Assembly (NCBI GenBank): GCA_050298595.1
Contig: JBNKUM010000009.1
Location: 1-64,000, forward strand
Reading direction: 5' to 3'
DNA length: 64,000 nt
Source: Gammaproteobacteria bacterium
Lineage (GTDB): Bacteria; Pseudomonadota; Gammaproteobacteria; GCA-001735895
The position numbers were made by a program, and so were the translations under genes. The notes under the pieces are model-generated. The model was given only the letters and a program-made list of their open reading frames with translations. It ran no database searches and was not told the DNA's origin. Of the stretch, positions 19,211 through 29,375 are shown piece by piece (positions within the stretch are counted from its first letter, which is position 1; each line of letters starts with the position of its first letter).

Positions 19211-19933
19211 ATGGCTAAACAGGGACAAAGAGTCTTAAGTACATTACGACAGATGATTCTTTCAGGGGAGTTGTCTGCCGGCGAGCGCCTGGCTGAAATT
19301 CCTACAGCAGAGAGCCTGGGCGTTTCTCGTATGCCGGTTCGTATTGCCTTCCGTACCCTGGAACAGGAAGGCCTGCTGACCAAACAACCGCGTCGCGGTT
19401 ATCGAGTGAGGGAGGTTACTCAGGATGAAATCACAGGTTCGATTGAGGTGAGGGGGGTACTGGAAGGCCTGGCTGCCTGTCAGGCTGCCCAGAAAGGCCT
19501 TTCTGAAGCTCAGCGTGAGGGGTTGCTAGAGTGCCTTGCTGAGGGGGATGGGCTTTTCCTCAAAGGTTTTGTCACCGAAGAGGATCTTGAGGCTTACCAT
19601 GATCTGAATATGCGCTTCCATGCCATTATTATTGAAGCAAGTGCCAACACGGCGATTAGTACTGCTCTGGCGAGAGATGAGCACTTACCCTTTGTCTCGG
19701 CCTCAGCACTGGCTATAGACCGTAATAATCTGGAGCTGGAGTATCGGCGTTTTAATTTTGCCCATATGCAACACCATGCAGCCTTCGATGCCATTGATCG
19801 TGGTCAGGGTGCCAGGGCTGAAGCCATTATGCGTGAGCATGCCAATGCCACACAAAACTATGCTGAATTGTTTACCTCTGCTACGGAAAATAAGCGTAAA
19901 TTTCGTGTGATCGGGGTTCAGGATGTGATGTGA
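19211..19933 (+). CDS. vanR: GntR/FCD repressor VanR
   Basis: GntR HTH (LGVSRMPVR), FCD domain, ARAEAIMREHA; divergent from vanA. Confidence 0.9.
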   Translation: MAKQGQRVLSTLRQMILSGELSAGERLAEIPTAESLGVSRMPVRIAFRTLEQEGLLTKQPRRGYRVREVTQDEITGSIEVRGVLEGLAACQAAQKGLSEAQREGLLECLAEGDGLFLKGFVTEEDLEAYHDLNMRFHAIIIEASANTAISTALARDEHLPFVSASALAIDRNNLELEYRRFNFAHMQHHAAFDAIDRGQGARAEAIMREHANATQNYAELFTSATENKRKFRVIGVQDVM

Positions 19934-20055
19934 TAATCAGCTGTCACTGCTTTCTTTAAACCTGAGTACCAATCTTATCTATATCCAGAATTGACTTTCT
20001 TCCTCCTTAAACCTGGCTGGTAGTTTTGACAGCATTGAATGAGTTCGCTTAATGC

Positions 20056-20236
20056 GTCAATTTGTTGGGAGATAGAGGTATCTATAAGCGTCAATTTACT
20101 GTCACAATCTTGCTTGAGGGTTGTGATTTTGTTTTTTTATCCTTCAATGCATTCTTATGAACTATATAACTTATTGAAATATAGGGTAATTGTCCGACTA
20201 TAGTTGGGCAGTTTTTTTTATGGCATCAACTTTGCT
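20056..20236 (+). promoter_or_regulatory. sigma54 promoter of fliL operon with IHF-like and FleQ-like sites
   Basis: TGGCATCAACTTTGCT (20221-20236); TAACTTATTGAAA (20167-20179); GTCAATTT-started boxes at 20056 and 20090. Confidence 0.7.
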
Positions 20237-20268
20237 TGAACAGAGTTGGTTGAGATAGGAGAGCTGTA

Positions 20269-20766
20269 ATGGCTAAAGAAGAACAAGTTCCAGAAGCAGA
20301 AATCACTACGAGTAAAAAGAAAGTCATCATCCTTATTGTTGGAGCGCTACTGCTGGTAGGCATAGCAGTGGGTGTAGGCATGATGTTTATAGGTGGTGAT
20401 GGCGCTGAGAAAGATGCGGCGGTGGTAGAAGAAACAGGTCCTGTTAAAGGGGGTGCGATTTATTTCGAATTAAAGCCATTCACGGTCAATCTTTCGGAAG
20501 AAGATACGGTGAGCTTTTTACAGTTGCAAATTCAGGTGCTTACTTATTTCAATGAGGTTGCAGAACAGCTGGAAAAACACAGACCCCTAATCCGTAATAA
20601 TCTGACATTACTTTTTGCCCAGCAAAAATCTATTGAATTGCGTACTCCAGAAGGAAAGGAGGTTTTGCAGAAGAAAGTACTGGAAACTATTCAGGGCGTG
20701 ATAAAGAAATACGGCAAAGGTGGTGCAGTGGATAACGTGTTTTTCACCAATTTTGTCATGCAATAA
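20269..20766 (+). CDS. fliL: Flagellar basal body protein FliL
   Basis: N-terminal TM, PFTVNL, FFTNFVMQ. Confidence 0.95.
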   Translation: MAKEEQVPEAEITTSKKKVIILIVGALLLVGIAVGVGMMFIGGDGAEKDAAVVEETGPVKGGAIYFELKPFTVNLSEEDTVSFLQLQIQVLTYFNEVAEQLEKHRPLIRNNLTLLFAQQKSIELRTPEGKEVLQKKVLETIQGVIKKYGKGGAVDNVFFTNFVMQ

Positions 20767-20786
20767 TCTAACAGCTGAGAGCTAGC

Positions 20787-21857
20787 GTGAGTACAGACAT
20801 ATTAAGTCAGGATGAAGTCGATGCCCTGCTGCATGGGGTAGACGATGGTGCGGTCGATACCTCTGTCGAAGATGATTTGCAGGATGGGAAAGCGCGCGCT
20901 TTTGATTTTAATAATCAGGAACGTATTATCCGGGGTCGTTTACCGACGCTGGAAATGATCAACGAACGTTTCGCACGTTATTTTCGAGTCAGCTTTTTTA
21001 ATATGTTACGCAAGACACCTGAGATATCGATCAACGGTATCCAGATGATCAAGTTTTCTGAGTATCTCCATACGCTGTTTGTACCCACCAGCCTAAGTCT
21101 GATCAAAATGCATCCGCTAAAAGGTACCGGTATGATCATGCTGGATCCCAAGCTGGTATTTATCATCGTGGATAATTTCTTTGGCGGCGATGGCAGTATT
21201 CACGCCAAGATAGAAGGCAGGGAATTCACCAGCACCGAATTACGCGTTATCGAAAAGGTTGTGCACATCTGCTTTACCGACCTGCAACAGGCCTGGGAGC
21301 CAATTATGCATGTCGACTTTGATTACCATAATCATGAAGTTAATCCTCATCTTGCGAATATTGTCAGTCCTACCGAAGTCATTGTTGTTTCCAGTTTTCA
21401 TATTGAACTTGAAGGCGGTGGTGGTGATATTCATGTGGTTTTCCCGTACTCCATGATCGAACCTATTCGCTCGGTACTGGATGCGGGTGTGCAATCAGAT
21501 ATGAGTGAATTAGATGATCGCTGGTCGGTTTTATTAAAAGAAGAATTAATGCACGCCAAGGTTGAACTCACGGGAATTTTTGCTGAAAAGGAGCTCAAGA
21601 TTTCAGATCTAATCAATCTACAGGCTGGCGACATCATTCCAATTGATATGCCTGATCAGGTGGTATTGATGGCTGGTGATATGCCCATTTTGCGCGGAAA
21701 ATATGGTGCGCACGATGGGAACGTTGCTGTTCGACTGGAAAATGTCTATGCGTTATGTGACCCGGACGACCCATTAATGAAAAAGTTGAATTCAAAAGAC
21801 ACTGGCAAGATGGAAATTATTGCCATGACTCAAAAAAGAATTAAAGAGGCAAAGTGA
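20787..21857 (+). CDS. fliM: Motor switch protein FliM
   Basis: LSQDEVDALL, GRLPTLEMINERFAR. Confidence 0.97.
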   Translation: MSTDILSQDEVDALLHGVDDGAVDTSVEDDLQDGKARAFDFNNQERIIRGRLPTLEMINERFARYFRVSFFNMLRKTPEISINGIQMIKFSEYLHTLFVPTSLSLIKMHPLKGTGMIMLDPKLVFIIVDNFFGGDGSIHAKIEGREFTSTELRVIEKVVHICFTDLQQAWEPIMHVDFDYHNHEVNPHLANIVSPTEVIVVSSFHIELEGGGGDIHVVFPYSMIEPIRSVLDAGVQSDMSELDDRWSVLLKEELMHAKVELTGIFAEKELKISDLINLQAGDIIPIDMPDQVVLMAGDMPILRGKYGAHDGNVAVRLENVYALCDPDDPLMKKLNSKDTGKMEIIAMTQKRIKEAK

Positions 21858-21882
21858 TAAAGCACGAGCTGGAGAAAATGAA

Positions 21883-22293
21883 ATGAATGACGAAACAGAA
21901 GATGTAGTTGACCAGGATGCCATGGCCGATGAATGGGCTGCAGCAATGGAAGAGCAGGCTGTTGCTGATGCTGAAGCGGCTGTCTCCAAGGTTGATACTG
22001 AACCCTTAGGACATGAAAGTATTCAGCACGGCGATGTGAATCTTGATGTGATTCTGGACATTCCTGTGACCATTTCAATGGAAATCGGGCGTACCCGTAT
22101 CAGCATCAGGAACCTGCTGCAACTGAATCAGGGATCTGTGATTGAACTGGACAGACTTGCTGGTGAGCCTATGGATGTGCTGGTGAATGGTACGCTGGTG
22201 GCGCATGGTGAAGTGGTGGTGGTTAACGAAAAATTCGGTATTCGTTTAACCGATGTCATTAGTCCTGCAGAACGAATCAAGAATTTGAAATAG
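21883..22293 (+). CDS. fliN: Motor switch protein FliN
   Basis: ILDIPV..GEVVVVNEKFGIR. Confidence 0.97.
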   Translation: MNDETEDVVDQDAMADEWAAAMEEQAVADAEAAVSKVDTEPLGHESIQHGDVNLDVILDIPVTISMEIGRTRISIRNLLQLNQGSVIELDRLAGEPMDVLVNGTLVAHGEVVVVNEKFGIRLTDVISPAERIKNLK

Positions 22294-22305
22294 CAGACTA
22301 ATACG

Positions 22306-22737
22306 ATGAAATCAATATTGTACACAGTGCTTTTGATACCCAGCCAGATTATGGCACAGCAGGCGGGGGATAAACCTGTCGCAGTTGATCCGGTTTCATC
22401 GTCTTACCTGATTAAATTAAGTTTTGGTTTACTGGTTGTGGTCGGTCTGGTTTTCTTTCTTGCCTGGCTGGTAAAGAAAATGCAACTGGTGCAAAGCTCT
22501 AATAATGGCCTGATAAAAATTGTCAGTGCTATTTCAGTGGGGCAGCGTGAACGCATCGCGCTGATACAGGTGGGTGAAGAGCAACTCCTGATCGGACTCA
22601 CGCCCGGTAGAATTGACAAATTACATACACTGCAAAAAGCGATTGAAACAGGTGATCAAGCTACGCCTGTTAGCTCCTCTTTTCAGAAAAAATTCCAGCA
22701 ACTTTTAAATAAGGAAAAATCCGATGCGATTAATTAA
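22306..22737 (+). CDS. fliO: FliO
   Basis: TM + [15 protein letters not shown]; position in operon. Confidence 0.92.
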   Translation: MKSILYTVLLIPSQIMAQQAGDKPVAVDPVSSSYLIKLSFGLLVVVGLVFFLAWLVKKMQLVQSSNNGLIKIVSAISVGQRERIALIQVGEEQLLIGLTPGRIDKLHTLQKAIETGDQATPVSSSFQKKFQQLLNKEKSDAIN

Positions 22738-23473
22738 TCTCATTGGAGTATTATTAGTATTTATTGCTTTGCCAGTAGAGGCACAGGTAAGCGGAATCCC
22801 CGCACTCAGTGTCACTGGTGGCGCTGCCGATGGTCAGACCTATAGTGTAACACTGGAAATTCTGGCGCTGATGACAGTGCTAACCGTGTTGCCCGCAATC
22901 CTGCTGATGATGACTTCATTCACGCGTATTGTCATCGTTCTTGCGATACTTCGTCAGGCCATGGGTACCGCTTCCTCACCATCCAATCAGATTATTATAG
23001 GGCTGTCGCTTTTTCTTTCGCTATTCATCATGTCTCCTGTTTTGCAGCAGGTGAATGATCAGGCGCTACAACCCTTCTTACAGGAAAAGGTTTCGGCTAT
23101 TGATGCTATCAAGGTAGCCGTCGGGCCTTTCAAAACATTTATGCTGGCGCAGACTCGTGAAACCGATATTCGTATGTTTGCGGATATTGCTGGTATTGAA
23201 TCTATCGCCTCACCTGAAGAAACTCCGCTTAGGTTACTGTTGCCAGCGTTTGTTACCAGTGAGCTAAAAACAGCTTTTCAAATTGGTTTTATGATTTTTA
23301 TTCCCTTCGTCATCATAGATCTGGTGGTGGCCAGTGTTTTGATGTCGATGGGTATGATGATGTTATCTCCTCTGATTATTTCTCTGCCTTTTAAACTGAT
23401 GTTGTTTGTACTGGTCGATGGCTGGTCATTGATTATGGGTACGCTGGCATCGAGTTTTCTGGTGAATGGTTAA
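22724..23473 (+). CDS. fliP: FliP
   Basis: [34 protein letters not shown]. Confidence 0.97.
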   Translation: MRLINLIGVLLVFIALPVEAQVSGIPALSVTGGAADGQTYSVTLEILALMTVLTVLPAILLMMTSFTRIVIVLAILRQAMGTASSPSNQIIIGLSLFLSLFIMSPVLQQVNDQALQPFLQEKVSAIDAIKVAVGPFKTFMLAQTRETDIRMFADIAGIESIASPEETPLRLLLPAFVTSELKTAFQIGFMIFIPFVIIDLVVASVLMSMGMMMLSPLIISLPFKLMLFVLVDGWSLIMGTLASSFLVNG

Positions 23474-23482
23474 GGGGCTGCT

Positions 23483-23752
23483 ATGAATGCTGATACCGTT
23501 ATCGATCTTGGACAACAGGCTTTATATGTCATTGTCATGCTGGCCGCACCCATGCTGTTGTCTGCACTGGCCATAGGTCTTCTGATCGGTATGTTTCAGG
23601 CGGCTACTCAAATTAATGAAATGACGCTCAGCTTTATTCCTAAATTATTGGTACTGGTGTTATCAATTATGGTTGCCGGTCCGTGGATGCTGGATACATT
23701 ACTTAACTTCACGCGCCGACTTTATTTAAGTATACCGAGCTTGTTAGGTTAG
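23483..23752 (+). CDS. fliQ: FliQ
   Basis: QAATQINEMTLSFIPK. Confidence 0.97.
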   Translation: MNADTVIDLGQQALYVIVMLAAPMLLSALAIGLLIGMFQAATQINEMTLSFIPKLLVLVLSIMVAGPWMLDTLLNFTRRLYLSIPSLLG

Positions 23753-23754
23753 TT

Positions 23755-24528
23755 ATGGACGTGGATGCAGCACAGGCTACCGCTTTTGTTGGGTCATTAC
23801 TCTGGCCCTTTATGCGCATCTCTGCCATGTTAATGGCTATGCCTGTGATTGGTAGCCGCCTGGTTTCTGTGCGTATTCGCGTTGTGCTGGCGATCTTAAT
23901 CAGCTTTCTGGTGTTGCCTCTGTTACCCGAGATGCCCGCAGTAGAGCCGCTTTCTGCAGCAGGTCTAACTGTTTCCATACATCAGGTGCTGATTGGCCTG
24001 GCAATGGGTTTTATTCTGCAAATGGTTTTGACTGCTTTGACCATAGCTGGCGAAGCCATTGCCATGACCATGGGGCTTGGTTTTGCTTCGATGGTCGATC
24101 CTGCAAATGGTGTCAATGTGCCAGTGTTATCACAGTTTTTTCTGATTCTTGGTACGCTGCTGTTTCTTTCTCTGGGTGGTCATCTGATGGTGATTCAACT
24201 AGTGGTGAGCAGTTTTCAATCTATTCCTGTAGGACTTGAAGGCATAACGCGGGATAGCTTCTGGTTGATTATCAGTTTTTCCAGTCAGATGTTTATCGCT
24301 GCTATCTGGATTGCATTGCCAGCGCTGGTTTCAATTCTGGTCATCACCCTGGCTATGGGCATCATGACTCGTGCCGCACCTCAGCTGAATATATTTTCTG
24401 TTGGATTTCCGGTCACTATGTTGATGGGTTTTATCATTATCATGTTAGTGTTGCCGACTATCCTGCCGCGTTTTAATCAGCTGTTGTTGATGGGCATGCA
24501 GGCAAGTCAAAAGATTGGGGGGTTATGA
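23755..24528 (+). CDS. fliR: FliR
   Basis: MGLGFASMVDP, RAAPQLNIFSVGFP. Confidence 0.97.
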   Translation: MDVDAAQATAFVGSLLWPFMRISAMLMAMPVIGSRLVSVRIRVVLAILISFLVLPLLPEMPAVEPLSAAGLTVSIHQVLIGLAMGFILQMVLTALTIAGEAIAMTMGLGFASMVDPANGVNVPVLSQFFLILGTLLFLSLGGHLMVIQLVVSSFQSIPVGLEGITRDSFWLIISFSSQMFIAAIWIALPALVSILVITLAMGIMTRAAPQLNIFSVGFPVTMLMGFIIIMLVLPTILPRFNQLLLMGMQASQKIGGL

Positions 24529-25655
24529 TGGCTGATAACGATACTAGTCAGGAAAAAACCGAACAGCCGACCCCCAAAAAACTGCGCGAGGCTCAGGAAA
24601 AAGGCCAGATAGCCCGTTCTAAAGAACTCAACAGTATGAGTATTATGGTTGCGGGTGCGGTGGGCCTGCTGATGATGGGGTCTTATATTATTGATGCCTT
24701 GTCTAATATGATGACCACAGGTTTTACCTTAAGTCGTAGCGAGATACTGGATACAACATCTGTTTTCATTCGTTTCGAAAATGCCTTATTCGATGCACTT
24801 ACTGGAATTTTACCTTTTTTGGTGTTGATGGTAGTAGTTGCTATTTCAACCCCGTTAATGCTGGGTGGCTGGGCTTTCAGTCTTGATCAGATTTCGTTTA
24901 AAGCGGAAAGAATAGATCCAGTCGCAGGGCTTAAGCGTATTTTTTCCACCAGGGGTTTGATGGAATTGGTAAAAGCACTTGCTAAATTCCTGGTGGTGTC
25001 TTTTATAGCGGTAACCTTCATGTGGTCAAATTCAGATGAATTTCTGCATTTGGGACTAGAACCATTTTTGCCAGGCCTGACTCATGCAGCCTGGTTATTT
25101 GGCTATGCCTTTCTGGTGATGTCTCTTGCGCTTTTATTAATCGCTGCGATTGATGTGCCATTTCAGCTGTGGGATCACAGTAATAAACTGAAGATGACCT
25201 TGCAGGAAGTACGCGATGAGATGAAAGAAACCGAAGGTCGCCCTGAGGTTAAATCCAAAATTCGTGGTTTACAGCAGGAGATGGCACAACGCCGAATGAT
25301 GCAGGATGTGCCGACTGCTGATGTCATCATCACTAACCCAACCCATTATGCGGTAGCGCTCAAGTATGATCCTGAAAATATGGCGGTACCGATTGTGGTT
25401 GCTATGGGTAAGGATTTGATTGCACTCAAAATCAGAGAGATAGGAAAGGCGCATGGTGTCGAGCTTTTTGAAGCGCCTCCACTGGCACGTGCACTCTTTG
25501 CACATTCTAAACTGGGTCAGGAAATACCGGGACAACTGTATTATGCAGTGGCACAGGTACTGGCCTTTATTTTCCAGTTACAAAATGCTCGCAAGCATGG
25601 ACTGGATATTCCGGATCGCCCCGATCCCGTTGTACCAACCGATGAGCAGATTTAA
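24525..25655 (+). CDS. flhB: FlhB
   Basis: EKTEQPT, NPTH autocleavage motif. Confidence 0.97.
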   Translation: MMADNDTSQEKTEQPTPKKLREAQEKGQIARSKELNSMSIMVAGAVGLLMMGSYIIDALSNMMTTGFTLSRSEILDTTSVFIRFENALFDALTGILPFLVLMVVVAISTPLMLGGWAFSLDQISFKAERIDPVAGLKRIFSTRGLMELVKALAKFLVVSFIAVTFMWSNSDEFLHLGLEPFLPGLTHAAWLFGYAFLVMSLALLLIAAIDVPFQLWDHSNKLKMTLQEVRDEMKETEGRPEVKSKIRGLQQEMAQRRMMQDVPTADVIITNPTHYAVALKYDPENMAVPIVVAMGKDLIALKIREIGKAHGVELFEAPPLARALFAHSKLGQEIPGQLYYAVAQVLAFIFQLQNARKHGLDIPDRPDPVVPTDEQI

Positions 25656-25657
25656 TT

Positions 25658-27751
25658 ATGGCTACGCTTGTTCAAAATATTAGAGGTTTTAACACGCAGG
25701 GTCTGGCAGCCCCGTTACTGGTAATCATGATGCTGGCGATGGTGGTTATTCCATTGCCGCCGATGGCTCTGGATATGCTGTTTACCTTCAATATTGCCTT
25801 TGCCCTGATCGTGGTACTGGTGTCGGTTTATGCAATGCGGCCACTCGATTTTACGGTGTTCCCGACCATTCTGCTGGTAGCAACCCTGTTACGTCTGGCA
25901 TTGAATATTGCATCTACCCGAGTGGTGTTACTGGAAGGTCATACGGGTACTGCTGCGGCAGGTAAGGTGATTGAAGCCTTTGGTGATTTTGTTATCGGCG
26001 GCAACTACGCTGTGGGCCTGGTGGTGTTTGGTATTCTGGTTATCATCAACTTTGTCGTGGTCACCAAGGGTGCAGGGCGAGTATCCGAGGTTAGCGCCAG
26101 ATTCACCCTGGACGCTATGCCTGGTAAACAGATGGCGATTGATGCGGATTTGAATGCCGGCTTATGTACTCAGGATGAAGCCAGAGCACGTCGTGCCGAA
26201 GTTGCCCAGGAAGCGGATTTTTATGGCTCTATGGACGGTGCCAGTAAATTTGTACGCGGCGATGCAGTGGCAGGTATTTTAATCCTGTTTATCAATATTA
26301 TTGGTGGGCTGGCTATTGGTATTCTGCAACACGATATGGCTGCCTCAGATGCTTTACGTAATTATACCTTGCTGACGATTGGTGATGGCCTGGTGGCACA
26401 AATCCCTTCTCTGGTGCTTTCAACCGCAACTGCGATTATCGTTACTCGGGTATCTGCCTCCAGCTCAATGGGCGGGCAGGTATTTAGACAGATGTTCGAA
26501 GATCCACGTGCTTTAGTTGTTACTGCTTCGATTCTGACCTTAATGGGCATTATTCCCGGTATGCCGAATTTTGCTTTTCTGACTCTGGCCGCAATCTCTG
26601 GTGGTCTGGCTTATAGCATCAATAAAAAGAAGCAACGCGCTGCTGAAGAAGTGGCTATGGCACCGGAAGTCGTTGCTCCTCCCACACAGAAAGAACTCAG
26701 CTGGGATGATGTTAAACCTGTCGACATGATTGGCCTGGAAGTCGGTTATGGCTTGATCCCGCTGGTAGATGAGCGCCAGGGTGGTGAGTTGATGACGCGT
26801 ATTAAAGGTGTACGTAAAAAGCTGTCTCAGGAGCTGGGTTTCCTGGTTCAGTCAGTGCATATCCGAGATAACCTCGATCTGCCGCCTAATGGATATCGCT
26901 TAAGTATGCTCGGCGTGCCCATGGGTGAAGGTGAAGTGATGCCGGGTAAGGATCTGGCGATTAACCCCGGTACTGTTTATGGCGAATTAACTGGAGTAGC
27001 GACCAAGGATCCCGCATTTGGTCTGGATGCGGTGTGGATAGACCCTGCGCAACGTGATCATGCTCAGACTCTGGGTTATACCGTAGTCGATGTATCGACG
27101 GTAGTGGCGACCCATCTAAGCCAGATGTTACAGGAAAATGCCCATGAAATGATTGGTCACGAAGAGGTACAGGAGCTAATGGAAGTACTCAAGCGTAATG
27201 CGCCTAAACTGGTGGAAAATCTTACTCCTAAACCTTTGCCTCTATCCGTTATAGTTCGCGTACTACAGGCCTTGTTGCAGGAACAGGTTTCCATCAGAGA
27301 TTTACGCACAATAGCCGAAACCTTGGCAGATTATGGTCTACACAGTCAAGATCCCGGCGTATTAACCGCTCAGGTACGCGTTGCACTGGGCCGCCAAATC
27401 ATACAAAGCATCTATGGAATGGCTTCAGAACTGACTGTAATGACATTACACCCCTCTCTGGAACAGATTTTGCAGCAGTCTACACAGGGAGAAGGTGGCA
27501 AGGTGATGGCGTTTGAGCCAGGGCTTGCCCAGATGATGCATAACTCGCTCAAGGAAAGTACGCAAAACCAGTTAGCCAAGGGACAACCTGCGGTATTACT
27601 GGTATCACAAAATTTACGTGCTTTCCTGGCTCGCATGGTACGACATGGTATCCAGGGGCTGCATGTTCTGAGTTATGAAGAAATCCCGGAAGATAAACAG
27701 ATTAAGGTAATAGCCAGCGTCGGCAATCCGGCGCCAGCTCAAGGCCAGTAA
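25658..27751 (+). CDS. flhA: FlhA
   Basis: RFTLDAMPGKQMAIDADL, GSMDGASKFV. Confidence 0.98.
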   Translation: MATLVQNIRGFNTQGLAAPLLVIMMLAMVVIPLPPMALDMLFTFNIAFALIVVLVSVYAMRPLDFTVFPTILLVATLLRLALNIASTRVVLLEGHTGTAAAGKVIEAFGDFVIGGNYAVGLVVFGILVIINFVVVTKGAGRVSEVSARFTLDAMPGKQMAIDADLNAGLCTQDEARARRAEVAQEADFYGSMDGASKFVRGDAVAGILILFINIIGGLAIGILQHDMAASDALRNYTLLTIGDGLVAQIPSLVLSTATAIIVTRVSASSSMGGQVFRQMFEDPRALVVTASILTLMGIIPGMPNFAFLTLAAISGGLAYSINKKKQRAAEEVAMAPEVVAPPTQKELSWDDVKPVDMIGLEVGYGLIPLVDERQGGELMTRIKGVRKKLSQELGFLVQSVHIRDNLDLPPNGYRLSMLGVPMGEGEVMPGKDLAINPGTVYGELTGVATKDPAFGLDAVWIDPAQRDHAQTLGYTVVDVSTVVATHLSQMLQENAHEMIGHEEVQELMEVLKRNAPKLVENLTPKPLPLSVIVRVLQALLQEQVSIRDLRTIAETLADYGLHSQDPGVLTAQVRVALGRQIIQSIYGMASELTVMTLHPSLEQILQQSTQGEGGKVMAFEPGLAQMMHNSLKESTQNQLAKGQPAVLLVSQNLRAFLARMVRHGIQGLHVLSYEEIPEDKQIKVIASVGNPAPAQGQ

Positions 27752-27807
27752 ACTGGGCCGGGTAACTTTATAAAACGGCGAGCACAACATGAAAATTGGG
27801 TGTAGTG

Positions 27808-29370
27808 ATGAGAATTAAACGTACATATGGAGCCACCATGCGCGAAGCGCTGGCACAGGTGAAGCTGGAACAGGGGCCAGATGCGGTGATTCTGGGCAAC
27901 AAGAAGGTACCCGGTGGCGTGGAAATATTATCCGCCATTGACTTTGATCATCGACAGGTCGATGCCTATGCCGGTAATCCTTCGATACCTTTATCACAAG
28001 CTATCTCGCAACCTGGCTGGCAGACACAGGTCGAGCAACAGCCGATACAGCGAGCTGTTCAACAATCGACAGCCCAGAGTGTACCTGTATCTATGCCTGA
28101 CTTTATTCTCGACCAGAATAGCGAAGGCCGAAAAGAACCCGTACTGGGAATGCAGGCATCGGTAATCCCGATGCAGGCTAGAACTGTAAGCCAGGAACCC
28201 GTCAGACCCCAGAAAATTGAGCAAGCTAAGCCTGCTAACCCGATAAACACCAGACAGAGAACGAGTACGCCCAACTCTACTCACAATCCTGCAGCCGCGA
28301 GAAAAGCATCACCTCAGAAAACGCTTCCAGTGGAACAGGAGGTGATTGCTCGCGCTGCGCAGAACGACAAGCTGTTGCAGAATTTACGCGATAATGAATA
28401 TGCCCCGCGTTCACATCAAACTGAATCTGATCCGATGATTGAAGAAGTTAAGGGTGAATTGAAAAACCTGCGCGATTTAATGGCTAGCCAGTTAAATGTC
28501 CTTGAGTGGGATCGGTTCAATCAACGTCATCCTGTCCGATCTGTGTTACTCAATTTGATGACCGAACTCGGCCTGGGTACGGATATCTGCGAAATGATTT
28601 TCGAAAAACTGGGTGTGCTTGATGATGACCCGCATAAGGTCTGGCAGAAAGCTCTGGGTATTCTGGCAACTTCGATTCCTATTCAACAAAACGATTTTCT
28701 TACTCAGGGTGGTCGAATTTCCCTGGTTGGATCTACTGGCGTTGGTAAAACAACCACCATCGCCAAACTGGCAGCGCGTTTCGCACATACGCATGGAAAG
28801 CGCTCGGTGGCATTAATCAGCACCGATAATTTTAGAGTAGGGGCTCAGGATCAGTTACAGCATTTTGCACGCCTGCTGGAGGTTCCTTTACTTACTGCTA
28901 ATAACAGTGAAGAGCTTACAGACAGTCTTAAAATGCTGGAAGATAAGCATCTTGTGTTGATTGATACAGCGGGAATGAGTCAGACAGATGTACGCCTGTC
29001 AGAACAGTTTCATAAGTTACAGCATGGCTCGCCCGAGATTGAGCCTTACCTGGTGTTATCAGCGAACACCCAGCTAGCTGCCTTGAATGAAACCGTGAAA
29101 AGCTTCTCGCGAGTAAAACTGGCCGGCACTATCGTCACCAAGCTGGATGAGTCAGCCAGTTTGGGTGGTATCCTGACAGCATCTATACGTCATCAATTAC
29201 CTGTATCCTATTGCGGAACCGGGCAAAGAGTCCCCGAGGATCTACAAATGGCCAAGAATCATAGACTGGTTAGCAAAGCGGTCTCACTGATGCAAAATTA
29301 TACCGAACAGGTGGATAAAGAAACGCTGGCATTCCGCTATAATCACCTGATTTCAACAAGTAAGGGTTGA
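27808..29370 (+). CDS. flhF: SRP-type GTPase FlhF
   Basis: GSTGVGKTTT, DTAG, TKLDE, GQRVPEDL. Confidence 0.96.
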   Translation: MRIKRTYGATMREALAQVKLEQGPDAVILGNKKVPGGVEILSAIDFDHRQVDAYAGNPSIPLSQAISQPGWQTQVEQQPIQRAVQQSTAQSVPVSMPDFILDQNSEGRKEPVLGMQASVIPMQARTVSQEPVRPQKIEQAKPANPINTRQRTSTPNSTHNPAAARKASPQKTLPVEQEVIARAAQNDKLLQNLRDNEYAPRSHQTESDPMIEEVKGELKNLRDLMASQLNVLEWDRFNQRHPVRSVLLNLMTELGLGTDICEMIFEKLGVLDDDPHKVWQKALGILATSIPIQQNDFLTQGGRISLVGSTGVGKTTTIAKLAARFAHTHGKRSVALISTDNFRVGAQDQLQHFARLLEVPLLTANNSEELTDSLKMLEDKHLVLIDTAGMSQTDVRLSEQFHKLQHGSPEIEPYLVLSANTQLAALNETVKSFSRVKLAGTIVTKLDESASLGGILTASIRHQLPVSYCGTGQRVPEDLQMAKNHRLVSKAVSLMQNYTEQVDKETLAFRYNHLISTSKG

Positions 29371-29375
29371 TTAAC

